From Octopus vulgaris (lineage: Eukaryota), in contig OX597838.1 of the NCBI GenBank assembly GCA_951406725.2, forward strand, positions 6,572,001-6,636,000: a stretch of DNA of 64,000 bases, in the 5' to 3' direction. Numbering within the stretch: position 1 is the stretch's first letter; the number at the start of each line of letters is the position of its first letter. This document shows, in pieces, positions 43,833-56,705 of the stretch. Under the pieces are notes generated by a model that was given only the letters and a program-made list of their open reading frames with translations, was not told the DNA's origin and did not search any database. The position numbers and the translations under genes were made by a program.

Positions 43833-43969
43833 TGCACACACACACACACACGTACACACACACACACACACACACACAATTACACACACATATATAATGT
43901 AATATATATATATATAAATATTCACACACTCACACACACACACACGTTACACACCCATATATATATAGA

Positions 43970-43971
43970 GG

Positions 43972-44022
<51 letters not shown>

Positions 44023-44087
44023 ATAGACAGATAGATAGATAGCTACATAGATAGATAGCTAGCTAACTAGCTAGCTAGCTAGCTAGC

Positions 44088-44169
<82 letters not shown>

Positions 44170-44170
44170 T
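43970..44170. repeat. (GATA)n/(GCTA)n microsatellite
   Basis: Direct inspection. Confidence 0.95.
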
Positions 44171-44244
44171 ACGTGTTTCTCTGAGAGTGTGCATGTCTTG
44201 TTGCTAGGGTGTGTTTTTGTGTGTCTGTGTATCTGTGTGTATAC

Positions 44245-44340
44245 GACCTCAGCGGACTTCGAACTCAGAACGTGAACACAGATGAAATACCGCTAAGCAT
44301 TTCGCCCGGCGTGGTAGCGATTCTGCCAGCTCAACGCCTT
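44245..44340 (-). mobile_element. SINE family B head
   Basis: Matches 45688-45782. Confidence 0.75.
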
Positions 44341-44525
44341 ACAGAAAATATTATTTCCCTTTTATGGGTTAATAAATGTTTATTGGGTGAGGTGCTTATC
44401 TACTATATAATTATTGCATTTATAAGCACCTTCAAAATTCCTAAACAACCGTTACAGTAATAAGTAGTGTGATACAATGACCTACCAGTCTGTGGAGTAG
44501 ATGTCTATGAGTGTATATATATATA

Positions 44526-44936
44526 TACTCTTTTACTCTTTTACTTGTTTCAGTCATTTGACTGCGGCCATGCTGGAGCACCGCCTTTATTCGAGCAAAT
44601 CGACCCCGGGACTTATTCTTTTGTAAGTCCAGTACTTATTCTATCGGTCTCTTTTGCCGAACCGCTAAGTGACGGGGACGTAAACACACCAGCACCGGTT
44701 GTCAAGCAATGCTAGGGGGGGCAAACACAGACACACAAACATATACACACACACTTATATATATATACATATATACGACAGGCTTCTTTCAGTTTCCGTC
44801 TACCAAATCCACTCACAGGGCATTGGTCGGCCCGGGGCTATAGCAGAAGACACTTGCCGAAGATGCCACGCAGTGGGACTGACCCCGGAACCATGTGGTT
44901 GGTTAGCAAGCTACTTACCACACAGCCACTCCTGCG

Positions 44937-44940
<4 letters not shown>
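44526..44940 (-). mobile_element. SINE family A, full length and young
   Basis: Very similar to 48860-49240 and to the reverse complement of 51789-52198. Inserted in (TA)n. Confidence 0.9.
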
Positions 44941-44983
<43 letters not shown>

Positions 44984-45022
44984 CTCGTTTCAGCTCACGA
45001 GCTGTGAGCATGCTGGGGCACC

Positions 45023-45158
<136 letters not shown>

Positions 45159-45411
45159 ATTGGAATGACCAAGTTTTTAAATCCTGCTGGATCTCACTCA
45201 TAAGGGAATATTATATTGTATATAAACTCTATTGGACTTTTGGACTTTACTCATAGGGCATTGGAATACTACATATATACCACTCTGCCTAAAAAAATGA
45301 ATTTACAACTTCAATACCCATACATATCTTACATCCATTTTGTTTCCTCCACCTCACTCACTGTTTTGTATCACATCTAAACTAACCATGACTTAACTAT
45401 CCTCTCACACA

Positions 45412-45463
45412 GTCCCAGATGAAGGGATATAATCAATAAATATCCTGGAAACAGCTGTAAGAC
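45412..45463 (+). ncRNA. Hammerhead-like motif (U4A variant) in a pLTR-like block at 45158-45531
   Basis: GUCC-CAGAUGA-A-GGGAUAU(9 nt)AUAUCCU-G-GAAA-CAGCUG-UA-AGAC, with palindromic stem III ACAGCUGU. Confidence 0.6.
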
Positions 45464-45552
45464 CTTCTATCTATAAATGTTCTAATATCTACACAGCGTT
45501 TGTTCTTTATCTTATTATACAAAAAATTCTGATATATATACATATATATATA

Positions 45553-45782
45553 TTTCTTTACTACCCATAAAGGGCTAAACACAGAGGGGACAAACAAGGA
45601 CAGACAAACGGATTAAGTCGATTACATCGATCCTAGTGCGTAACTGGTACTTAATTTATCGACCCCGAAAAGATGAAAGGCAAAGTCGACCACGACGGAA
45701 TTTGAACTCAGAACGTAACGGCAGACGAAATACCGCTGAGCATTTCGCCCGGCCTGCTAACGTTTCTGCCAGCGCGCCGCCT
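45553..45782 (-). mobile_element. SINE family B (Meta-domain-like), full length
   Basis: tRNA-like head, then gcctttcatc-tttcggggtcgataaattaagtaccag (Meta-domain-like), then tail ccctctgtgtttagccc...taaagaaa. Confidence 0.85.
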
Positions 45783-46383
45783 TTATATACATATATATAT
45801 GTGTGTGTATGGGTATGTATGATTAAATGCACATACTGAGGGTATGTAAGAGATTTAGGAGAAATATCAAGAGAAAGTGATTTAGTCATATAACCATTGC
45901 AGATACGTGAGTGATGAATAGAGAAACACTTGCATCCATGCAACCTCCTATAGAATATATTTTTGTCAATTCTAAAATGAGAAATCAAATCTGTGTTTGA
46001 ATGCGTAAATAGCTAATGACTGAAATTTTAAAGTCTCTGAATTTCATCGTAAAATTTCAGGATTTTATTAATCGGTGGAACCGTGAATTCCATATCTCCT
46101 ACAAGCTTAGATTCAACTAGTTTTAAATTCGGAGGCTTATTGGACATTGCTTTCTCGTAAATGTTTACAGAGACGGATTTTATCTCGTTGTTTATGCAAA
46201 CCTATTCTCTGACTAAAATTTTCCTCTGCGCCAGCCCTTTAAACTACTATTTCCATTTTTCGTAAAGTTGGAAATATTTCTTGATTAACTTGGTATTTTC
46301 ATTGGTCTCAGGAATAGTTTTCTATGAAGATATAAATCTATGCACTGGTATTCATACAAACGGCTCTTAAACGCACTTTGTTA

Positions 46384-46460
<77 letters not shown>

Positions 46461-46479
46461 GTTGGCGTGTGTTAATGAG

Positions 46480-47495
46480 ATTCCAAATTCCCCCAAGACA
46501 TCTCGTGAAGGCTGGAGTATATATCGGCCGAATGTGCATTGGAACAGACTGGCCAGCTGATTATTGTCAAAACCTAGGTTCTACCCCAATGCATTTCGCC
46601 TCTATAAATTCTCTATAAAAGACAGCGCTGGAACCACAACCACAGGCATTGCTTGAGCGAATCAAAGCAGGAGTGCTTTGCCACACTCCGTATACCATGT
46701 GCCCAACTTCGATCTACGATGGAACCAGATTTACCGTCGACCGAAACCAGTGAACCTGGGAAACATCTGTTTCACCAGCGAAGACCACACCCGTTCACCA
46801 TCCAGGTAGAGCCACAGGTGCCTCAGCCTCAGCGCATGTCTGTGCATCAATAGCCAAGTCATCCCTAACTCACGCTTTAACGGTTGTCAGCAAATAGAGC
46901 GTCTCACAAGCGGTTTCGAGCCCTGCCACAAGAAGTGGAAAGGCTGTCTTTCCTCCTTGATCAACCAGATGGTATTTATTTCTGGTGGGAATTCCTCAAT
47001 AAATATTTTGGATTTTCTCCTACCCATATAAGTTGATAATAAAATGGCTTCATTGGTTTTTATATGTTGGAGCCTTTTCCTTATTTTTGAAGTACACCAC
47101 AACTGTGGCGTATCTTCTCCCTCTGGTCAAGAACTCGATGTCTTGCCAGATGGGTTGAAGACACTTCTCGATTTGTTCTATGGATGCCTTGTCTATTTTC
47201 TTGTCTTTTATTATCATTGTCTTATATTTTATTATTTTCCTCTTTGTTTCTTCGATGAGTTCGTTAGGGAGGATGCCCTTAAATTTCAAAATCTTTCGTT
47301 TCGAACATATTTCTGTGTTGCCGCAGTGCATCTAACTTTCTGTTCAATTTATCGATATCCTCAGATATATAATTTTATTGACCCTGAAATCTTTTATTGT
47401 AAACATAGCCCCGATGGGACTGACTCAGAGCGACACAGGCCGGAACAAATGATGCAAGACGCTAATTCCGACCATGTAATGACTCTAGCGAATAT
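46480..47495 (-). pseudogene. Internally deleted Tx1/L1-clade LINE (ORF1 fragment joined to post-RT ORF2)
   Basis: ORF1-like FLTRGRRYATVVVYF and YMGRRKSKIFIEEFPPEINTIWL run directly into FHFLWQGSKPLVRRSIC*QPLKRELG..ALRLRHL..W, resembling the F.FLW.G....V.R.....P...GGLG motif of L1/Tx1 ORF2. Confidence 0.7.
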
Positions 47496-48499
47496 ATAAA
47501 TATCAGAATTGATTTCTGCAGCACGGGAGTCGATTTATAAATAAAATATTATAGGATATAGGAATGCTATTTCTATGAATATATTTTATGTATTACTGAA
47601 CCACATAAAGTTCTCGCTAAATAATCCAATTATTTAATTAAACAATTATAAATACTCATGAAATTTGATTAATTTAAAAAAAGATAATATCTATTTTATT
47701 GCTATCGTTTTTATTTAACATGGCTATAACTGCTACCAAATATAAGCTTTGACATATGTGTATTAGCAATGGATGTGTTGGTGCGGGGCTGTAGGTATTC
47801 AAGAATTGAAGAATCTATATGTGTAGTTGTATACGGGAATGTGTATGTATATCAGGAGATATGTGTTTGTAGTGTATATGTGTTGACGTATATATGATAG
47901 TAGATTTATCTCAGTATGTGAATGTATGTAAACATGCGTGTAGATTGTAACGATTTGAACGTAGGCAGAATATACTAGATATAAATGAGGCGGCATTTTA
48001 TTTGTCTACAAGATCTGCATTCAAATTTCACCGAGGACGTCTTTGCCTTTTATCCTTTCTGGGTCGACGTAATAAATATCCGTTTCTACTTTATGCACAA
48101 GGTTGTTTTTTACCTAGAGCAGAAAAGGATTTTCAAAAGTATTCTGAAGATGTGTGTCTTTTACAAATATCGTATTTTCAAAGAGAGAGACTAGGTTCTC
48201 AGATCGATATCAGTTAACGAACAGATTGATTGCTAGAGGACGTTTACGTATTGAGGTAATGGAAATTTCGGTCAGATCCTTCTACGTCCGTACGTTAAGA
48301 TCAACAGGAGGTCACAGCAAAGAATTTGCCCACTACGTATGGCATATGAGATCTTTTGGGGGTTGCCGGTTTATTTCACGAACTACCAGGTCATGCAGCA
48401 ACAGGTTGTAGGGCATTCAATGTTCACTCATGAAAGTCCACGCGCAACTTACTCAAAATATTTGCGTGTTACCTCTCTCTCTCCCTCCCCCTTCTCCTC

Positions 48500-48538
<39 letters not shown>

Positions 48539-48859
48539 TCTTTTCACGCATATATGTCTCAGGGATCTGAACCTGATGGAGGCAAAATCTAAATTGATTT
48601 CTTGGATAAACAAACGGAGCTATATAGATATACCGGAAGGTCGAGGAAGAAAGCGACAAGGAGAAGGTGAAATGAAGTAGAAGATCCGCTGCCCATTGGT
48701 ATTTGGCTGATTATATCATCATTTACTGATCTCGAAAAGTAAGAAATACTAGGGCAGAGACTAGAACAATCAACACTAGAATAATTGAATAACTGGAGTT
48801 AGAGTGACCACCGAAACGCATTGCATCCGAACTTTTATTCCTTTCAGTCCATTCTCTGC

Positions 48860-49240
48860 TACTCTTTACTTGTTTCAGTCATTTGACTGCGGCCATGCTG
48901 GAGCACTGCCTTTAGTCGAGCAAATCGACTCCGGGACTTATTCTTTGTAAGCCCAGTACTTATTCTATCGGTCTCTTTTGCCGATCCGCTAAGTGACGGG
49001 GACGTACACACACCAGCATCGGTTGTCAAGCAATACTAGGGAGACAAACACAGACACACAAACACACATATATATACGACAGGCTTCTTTCAGTTTCCGT
49101 CTACCAAATCCACTCACAAGGCATCGGTCAGCCCGGGGCTATAGCAGAAGACACTTGCCCAAGATGCCACGCAGTGTGACCGAACCCGGAACCATGTGGT
49201 TGGTTAGCAAGCTACTTACCACACAGCCACTCCTGCGCCT
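48860..49240 (-). mobile_element. SINE family A, full length and young
   Basis: Very similar to 44526-44940. Confidence 0.9.
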
Positions 49241-49825
49241 ACAAGAATAAAATAAATATTCCAGATTTACTCCTCTATGATAATGCTATATGATTTCAGA
49301 AATACATACTGCTGCTGTTTCTAGCAGGTCGTATGAGTTGGTAAGGCGTTCGTTGTCTCGTTAGAAGGAATTTATGGGCGGCTCATTTAGTGGGTAATAA
49401 AATCAGAACTAGAATTGAATTCTTGAAGCAATAGAATAAGATGTTGTCGGTGGAGTAAGGAAATTGGGTTGGGTTCAGATGAGATCTGGGAGACAGTAGG
49501 AAGATATAAGAGATAATAAATAGAGAATGAGGACACGAGAGAGAGAGAGAGAAAGAGGAAGAGGAGGAGGAGAGGAAGAAGTGTGTTTGTGAAGAGCAGG
49601 GTTTGAAGAATGAAAGAAATATGTGTGTGGGTGCGGGGAAAAGAAACAAAGGGAGAGAAAGAGAGTTTGTGGGACAAAGAGTATGGGGGATAGATAGATA
49701 GAGAGAGAGATAGGGAGAGAGGGGATGAGAGATAAAGTGATAAATAGAGTGCCTGATGGTGATGGTGGGTGAAGGGGTGGGTGTGGTTAGGTGTGGGAGA
49801 GTAGAACACAAAGAAAATTGTTGAT

Positions 49826-49826
<1 letters not shown>

Positions 49827-49859
<33 letters not shown>

Positions 49860-50760
49860 GAGAGACGCGGTGAGATAAAGAGATAATTAGAAACAATAAT
49901 GAGGGAGAAATAGAGGGGGAGAGAGAGAATGATGAGAGAGAGAGAATGAGAGAGAGAGAATGAGAGAGAGAGAGGGAGAGAGACTGACAGAGAGAGAGAG
50001 TGAGAGAGATGTAAGAATTAGACAGAGAGAAAGATTGTATGTGCAAGGTGTGATGGGGCTTGGAATGAAATACAAACAAACATTGAAACAGTTAAGAGTT
50101 GGTGGGGAGAAAGGGCAGAATGGGAATAATAATGGTTGATACATTAACGGTGAATGGAGAGAGGGAAAGAGGGGGAGAGAGAGAGAATGAGAGAGAGAGA
50201 GAGAGAATGAGAGAGAGAGATAGGGAGAGAGAGAATGAGAGAGAGAGAGGGAGAGAGAGAATGAGAGAGAGATAGGGAGAGAGAGAATGAGAGAGAGATA
50301 GGGAGAGAGAGAATGAGAGAGAGAGATAGGGAGAGAGAGAATGAGAGACAGAGAGTTAGGGAGAGAGAGGGAGAGAGAGAATAAGAGAGAGAGAATGAGA
50401 GAGAGAGAAATGAGAGAGAGAGAGGGAGAGAGAATGACAGAGAGAGAGAGGGAGAGAGAGAATGAGAGAGAGAGATAGGGAGAGAGAGAATGAGAGAGAG
50501 AGAGCGGGAGAGAGAAAATGAGACAGAGAGAGAGGGAGAGAGAGAATGAGAGAGAGAGAGAGAGGGAGAGAGAGGGAGAGAGAGAATGAGAGAGAGAGAT
50601 AGGGAGAGAGAGAATGAGAGAGAGAATGAGAGAGAGAATGAGAGAGAGATGGAGAGAGAGATAGGGAGAGAGAGAATGAGAGAGATATAGGGAGAGAAAA
50701 TGAGGGAGAGACTAAGAAAGAATGAGAAAGAGAGAGACAGACAGACAGTGACAGAGAAAG
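49827..50760. repeat. Purine-strand (GA)n tract with ~22-26 bp GAGAGAATGAGAGAGAGATAGG higher-order units
   Basis: Direct inspection. Main array 50155-50730. Confidence 0.9.
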
Positions 50761-51047
50761 TGCAATGAAATGAGAATGATTTAAAAGAAATAAACGTACG
50801 AAAGAGGAACTCACACATACACACACACACATACGCATACACATACACACGCATATATAGATATACTCATATGTGTGTGCGCATGTCTGTGTGTGTGTGT
50901 GTGTATGTGTGTGTATGCGATTGGGTTGTATGCGTACGTGCGTAGCTGTGTTTGCCTTTAATTGTGATGTGACTAAATACTCCAAACTTGATGCGAATAT
51001 AAAACCTTTTTATTCTCTACTTGGTATCTCCAAACGCTCTACAACAT

Positions 51048-51320
51048 GTATGTATGTGTGTGTGTGTGTGTGTGTGTGTTTGTATGTGTGTTTGTTTGTG
51101 TGTGTGTTTGTGTGTATGTGTGTGTGATTGTGTGTGTGATTGTGTGTGTGTGTTTTTGTGTGTGCGTGTTTGTGTGTGTTTGTGTGTGTGTGTGTTTGTG
51201 TGTGTTTGTGTTTGTGTGTGTGTTTGTGTGTGTTTGTGTTTGTGTGTGTGTTTGTGTGTATGTGTGTGTTTGTGTGTATGTGTGTATGTGGCTATGTGCA
51301 CGCTAGTGTACGTGTGTGTG
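51048..51320. repeat. (GT)n/(GTTT) microsatellite
   Basis: Direct inspection. Confidence 0.9.
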
Positions 51321-51507
51321 TGCTCCGTTGACAAATGGCAAGACAAAATGAGGGACTGCGATAAAATACATTTAAGTATAAATTGGTTCTTCCTTGTGAA
51401 ATACATACATATATATTTACATGTATATATGCATGTATCTAACTGTCTATTTATGTATCTATCTCTTTATTTATCAATCTATCTATCTATCTATCTATCT
51501 ATCTATG

Positions 51508-51710
51508 ATTGACCGCCGAATCCACAAGTTTTTATTTATTCTCTCCCTGTTGATTTCCTCTTGTTGTTCCTTTCTGTTGTAGAGCGTAGGTTCGAAAATT
51601 AAAAGACTTTCTAATCTTCCCCAGCGTCAAACTAATACACCTGCTTCTTGTTTATACTGTGTATACATTTCCCTCCGTCTTTTGTTTTTTCTGTAAATTT
51701 ATAACTATAT
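51508..51710 (+). mobile_element. Second copy of the pLTR-like element at 16445, with degenerate hammerhead at 51570-51605
   Basis: ctttctgttgtagagcgtaggttcgaaaattaaaagact...agcgtcaaactaatacacctg. Confidence 0.6.
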
Positions 51711-51726
51711 ATATACAAAGTATATA

Positions 51727-51780
<54 letters not shown>

Positions 51781-51788
51781 TGTTATCT

Positions 51789-52198
51789 GGAGTGGCTGTG
51801 TGGTAAGTAGCTTGTTTACCAACCACATGGTTCCGGGTTCAGTCCCACTGCGTGGCACCTTGGTCAAGTGTCTTCTACTATAGCCTCGGGCCGACCAAAG
51901 CCTTGTGAGTGGATTTGGTAGACGGAAACTGAAAGAAGCCCGTCGTATATATGTATATATATATATATATATATGCGTGTCTGTGTCTGTCCCCCTAGCA
52001 TTGCTTGACAACCGATGCTGGTGTGTTTATGTCCCCGTTACTTAGCGGTTCGGCAAAAGAGACCGATAGAATAAGTACTGGGCTTACAAAAGAATAAGTC
52101 CCGGGGTCGAGTTGCTCGATTAAAGGCGGTGCTCCAGCATGGCCGCAGCCAGCTGACTGAAACAAGTAAGAGAGTAAAAGAGTAACGAGTAAAAGAGT
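51789..52198 (+). mobile_element. SINE family A, near full length and young
   Basis: A and B boxes, CORE-like segment, internal microsatellite and (gtaaaaga)n tail. Confidence 0.9.
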
Positions 52199-52540
52199 AT
52201 ATATATATATAAGTTTATTCGTTCCTGGGGACACCAAAATATGATATTAAAAATAGCAAATGAGGATAAGAGGGGGAGAAGTAGGGGCAGGATAAAGAGG
52301 AATATAACAATAGCAACAGCAACATTAACAAGAAAAACGAACCAACCAGTTGGAGGAGGACAACGAGTTCCCTCATTTTAGTCTCTCCTCTACACCTGGA
52401 GCAATCTCAAGATTAATCAGCCGAAATTGCTAAGATGATATGGTTCTTGACTGATGACTGAGGGCTTCGAATGTCACCACAGTATGTGGTGAATCAATTT
52501 TGCTAAACCCTAATTGGTGTTTTATGTTTATAATCCATAA

Positions 52541-52592
<52 letters not shown>

Positions 52593-52595
<3 letters not shown>

Positions 52596-52890
52596 CGTGA
52601 TCACCGAGACCGACCAGGCTATCAGATGTTGCTACACATCACTGGTTACAATGCGCTTCGCATTGTTTTAGCCGCCAAATGACGCCACCCCGCTGGCTGA
52701 GCGAGCAGGCCAACAGAAGAAAGAGTGAGAGAAAGTTGTTCCGAAAGAGTACATCAGGAATCGCCACCCCACTCCCTGCCGCAGTCTCGTGGAGCTTTTG
52801 GTGTCTTCGCTCAATAAATACTCACAACACCCGGTCTGGGAATCGAAACCGCGAGTCCGCTGCCGTCACCTCCGGGCCATTGCGCCTCCA
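52593..52890 (-). mobile_element. tRNA-derived SINE family D (head D, tail Y)
   Basis: Reverse complement begins tggaggcgcaatggccc...ggtttcgattcccagaccggg, the same head as 61774. Inserted in (TA)n. Confidence 0.8.
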
Positions 52891-53149
52891 TATATATATA
52901 TATATATATACAATACAGAAACAAGTAGTGAAGAGACTGTTGTTTCTCTTCGTGGGCAACACTTTATGGTTTAATAAAACCAATAAACAGGGTACGATGG
53001 ACTTCTCACAAAGCGTAAATATTCAGCTTTTCGGAAACAGTTCTTCATCGGGGAAAATTTGAAGGGAAACAAATTAATGACACGTTATAGACATTTAAAA
53101 CAAGTAAGTTACAAAAGAATCTAGTATATTTACACCTCTGAATAGGTGT

Positions 53150-53355
53150 ACTCGCGCAGCGCGTGTGTCAGAGTCTGTGTGTGTGTCGGTGTGTCCGTGT
53201 GACATACAGTGAGGGAAGGTGCGATATACATCGTGTGCGAAGATCAGGCTGACAAACAGATAGACAGAAAACGAATAGACAAAAGAAAAAAGAAGTACTA
53301 ATTATGTCACGGCGGCGTATTATGCGGCCATTTTGTTTACTATCCGCCATATTAT
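53150..53355 (-). promoter_or_regulatory. CpG-enriched unique patch with two YY1-like motifs; possible promoter or first exon
   Basis: gcggccattttg and tccgccatatt (YY1 consensus CCGCCATNTT) within about 30 bp, with locally high CpG content. Confidence 0.3.
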
Positions 53356-53804
53356 TTCTTCCCCTCTGTTTTATTTGCTCACTCCTTCAATGTATTCTTT
53401 ACAGAATAATTTATTGACATGATTTTAATAGTCGAAGATTTACAATGCTTATTTTTGTTTGTTTGTTTAAACACGTATTTTTTTGTTATTTCATCAACAA
53501 TGTTATTAACAAAACTTAAATAACATACAAAGAACAAGACATAGGAAAAGAAAACAGCCATTGGCAGTTTTGAACATGTTTTACTGCATGGCTGACGTGT
53601 TAGGTAGATACGCTCACACATTCACTGACAAACATGTCTCCACGTATTTTGTATATATTTGCGCAGAGTCTATGGTTAATCAATAAGAAGAACCGGGATT
53701 ATTTATTAAGAGAATTCAAGTTAATTTATAAAACAATAATGAAATGTTTTCATACACTCCATTTCTATAGCTTATCAGTTAGTCCCGCTCTCTCCCTCCC
53801 GCCC

Positions 53805-53861
<57 letters not shown>

Positions 53862-54138
53862 CTCACTCTCTCTCTATCTCTATATATATCACTTCCTCTC
53901 CCTGCTACATATTTTGTCTGTCTCACTTTCTGGAGCTTTGCCTCCTTCTTTCCTAATTGCTTTATTTAAATATCTATGTATGTTCTATATAATATATATA
54001 TATATATATGGAGAGAGAGAGGGGGGGTAGAGAGACACAAACAAATACACACACATTGATAAATAGATAGATAAACAGATAGACAGACAGACAGACAGAC
54101 AGATAGATAGATAAATAGATAGATAGATAGATAGATAT

Positions 54139-54205
54139 GTTTCTTTATTAGCCACACCGGGCTGCACACAGATAGAACAAATTACAAGGTAGAGCTTTTC
54201 TTTTG
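54139..54205 (-). mobile_element. Short LINE-like 3' end sharing the family B tail; second copy at 57405-57470
   Basis: tttctttattagccacaccgggctgcacacaga resembles the family B tail tttctttactacccataaagggctaaacacaga, but the upstream sequence differs. Confidence 0.5.
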
Positions 54206-54233
54206 AAGGGTTAGAAAAAAAAAAAAAAAAAAA

Positions 54234-54293
<60 letters not shown>

Positions 54294-54950
54294 GTAGGTA
54301 GGTAGGTAGGTAGATAGATAAATAGATGCGAATCAATTTTGCAGGAAGACATTTTGTACATGAATCTGCGGGGGCGTGATTGTCTGCTGTATATTATGAA
54401 TGTTATTATTCATTCATTAAATATTAACTGGTGCACATTTGTAAAAGTGTATGTATATGAATTATATATGCCGCACATGAACACACAGAGAGGGAGACTC
54501 ATGCAGAGTTACGAATACTAAAACGTGCGCCAATATATATGCAGGTACGCAGTGGAGATATGGTGCTGGAGAGCGACCAATTTATTTTAACATAGGTTTG
54601 TCTGTTCAAGAAGTTAGCTTAGAAATGAAGGTCTGAGTTCGAGGAAAGTGCATGCCAGTTATTTCTACAATTTTTTCGGATTGTGTGAGAAATTTTGTAA
54701 AACATCTAAGATTACACACACATTTCTTACTTATTTCGTACTTAAAAAAGTACATTCTTAATAAGTTGGCTAAATTAATAACCAAGAGGACGGTACCATT
54801 TGCAGAAGAGGACGGGGGCCAATCAGATTCACATTGATCCAAAGGAATTTGTAACTAATTCTTGAGAAACTTGAAGAGAAAACGCCTAAGTTTGTCAACA
54901 TCTCACTGCGACCAGTCTGGCATTTTTCTTTCCTGTTCAACTTCATGTAT

Positions 54951-55528
54951 AAGGCAGAACGCTGGCAGAAATGAGCACACCGGACGAAACACGTTCTGAG
55001 TTCAACTTCCACCGAGGTCGACTTTGCTTTTCATCCTTTCGGGGTCGATTAAATAAGTACCAGTTACGCACTGGAGTCGATGTAATCGACTTAATCCGTT
55101 TGTCTGTCCTTGTTTGTCCCCTCTTTGTTTAGCACCTTGTGGGTAGTAAAGAAATAGGTATTTCGGTTGCCACTACATTCTGAGTTCAAATTCTACCGAG
55201 GTTTACTTTGCCTTTCATCCTTTCGAGGCCCATGAATTAAGTACCGGTTACGCATTGGGGGCGATATAATCCACTTAATCCGTTTGTCTGTGCTTGTTTG
55301 TCCCCTCTTTCTTTAGCCCCTTGTGAGCATAAAAAAACAAAGAAACGTTAGCAAGCTGGACGAAATACTTAGCCGTATTTCGTCTCTCTTTAAGTTATGA
55401 GTTCAAATTCCGCATTGGCCGACATTGCATTTCATCCTTTCAGCGTAGAGGAATTAAGTACCAGTTGCGTACTGGGTTAGATCTAATCGACTGGCTCCTT
55501 CTCCCCCAAAATTTCACAGCTTGTGCCT
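54951..55528 (+). mobile_element. Tandem array of three SINE family B units
   Basis: Three successive gagttcaa...tttcatcctttc...taagtacc units at about 54951-55156, 55157-55342 and 55343-55528. Confidence 0.85.
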
Positions 55529-55844
55529 GATATATCCATAGGTGACCAACAGTCAACCGCCTTTCAAGCCGAATTCTGCCAACGCATTCGTTATCATTGC
55601 CATTTAAAGTTGTGAGCACCAGACCTTGTGTCTATTGCAATCTGAGTTAGAGCTGTGGGATTAATTAATTTTGTTAACTTAAAGTATATATACACGTTAC
55701 ATGAGGCGTTGACGTATTGACTGCTTCGTTTTTTTCGTTTTGGTTTTTATTTTATTTATACACATATCCACTTTAGAAAATTACTTCATATATTTCTAAC
55801 CAATAAATCGATAACAATAAATACATTGCATTTATGCACATACA

Positions 55845-55845
55845 T

Positions 55846-55882
<37 letters not shown>

Positions 55883-56201
55883 AAGAGAGAGAGAGAGAGA
55901 AGAGACAGACAGACAGACAGACAGACAGACGGATAGATAGATAGACAGACAAACAGACAAATACATGAACAGACAAATATATAGATACAAACATACATGC
56001 ATACATAAATACATAGAGAAATAGAAAGACAGATAGACAGACAGACTGGCAGATAGATAGATTGATTGATAGATAGATAGGTAGATACATAAATACATAC
56101 ATACATAAATACATACATAAATAGATAGACAGATAGATTAATAAGTTGATAGATAGATGGATAGATAGATAGACACACGGACAGACAGACAGACATACAG
56201 G

Positions 56202-56293
<92 letters not shown>

Positions 56294-56301
56294 CAGATAG
56301 A
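55845..56301. repeat. (GATA)/(GACA)n compound microsatellite
   Basis: Direct inspection. Confidence 0.9.
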
Positions 56302-56705
56302 TTAGAGCGTTTTCTCCAGATTAAAATTTGACATTGGAGCAAGACTCGATACCATACATATCTATCTTGGGACAACATCTGTGCAGAATATTCTCAATCA
56401 TCAATTCCGAATATAGGAGGAATTTATTAGTTCTTGATCATTATTTTCAATTTGTCCTGGAATGTGTGTCATGTAAAAGGCAGTCAGTGGCTACAAATAA
56501 ACACACTCACACACACACATGCCCGTGCACGCATGCACACGTACACACACACACATGTCCGTGCACGCACTAGCACGTACATACATACACACAGACACAC
56601 AAGCGCATATATATTCAGGGCCAGATATGCACACGCTCAGATACGCACGCACACACATACACACACACACACATGTGCAGACCTATAGATATATAGATAT
56701 ATACC

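Noticed and set aside
52440-52490. CTGATGA...CGAAT in a pLTR-like block
   Set aside because: Stem II and GAAA are incomplete on both strands. At most a deleted relic.
53020-53056. Minus-strand CCGATGA-AGAA(CTGT)TTCC-GAAAAGCT
   Set aside because: Multiple core and stem defects, so it cannot be distinguished from chance.
54361-54380. Perfect EGR-type site GCGGGGGCG
   Set aside because: A single short motif with no supporting context.
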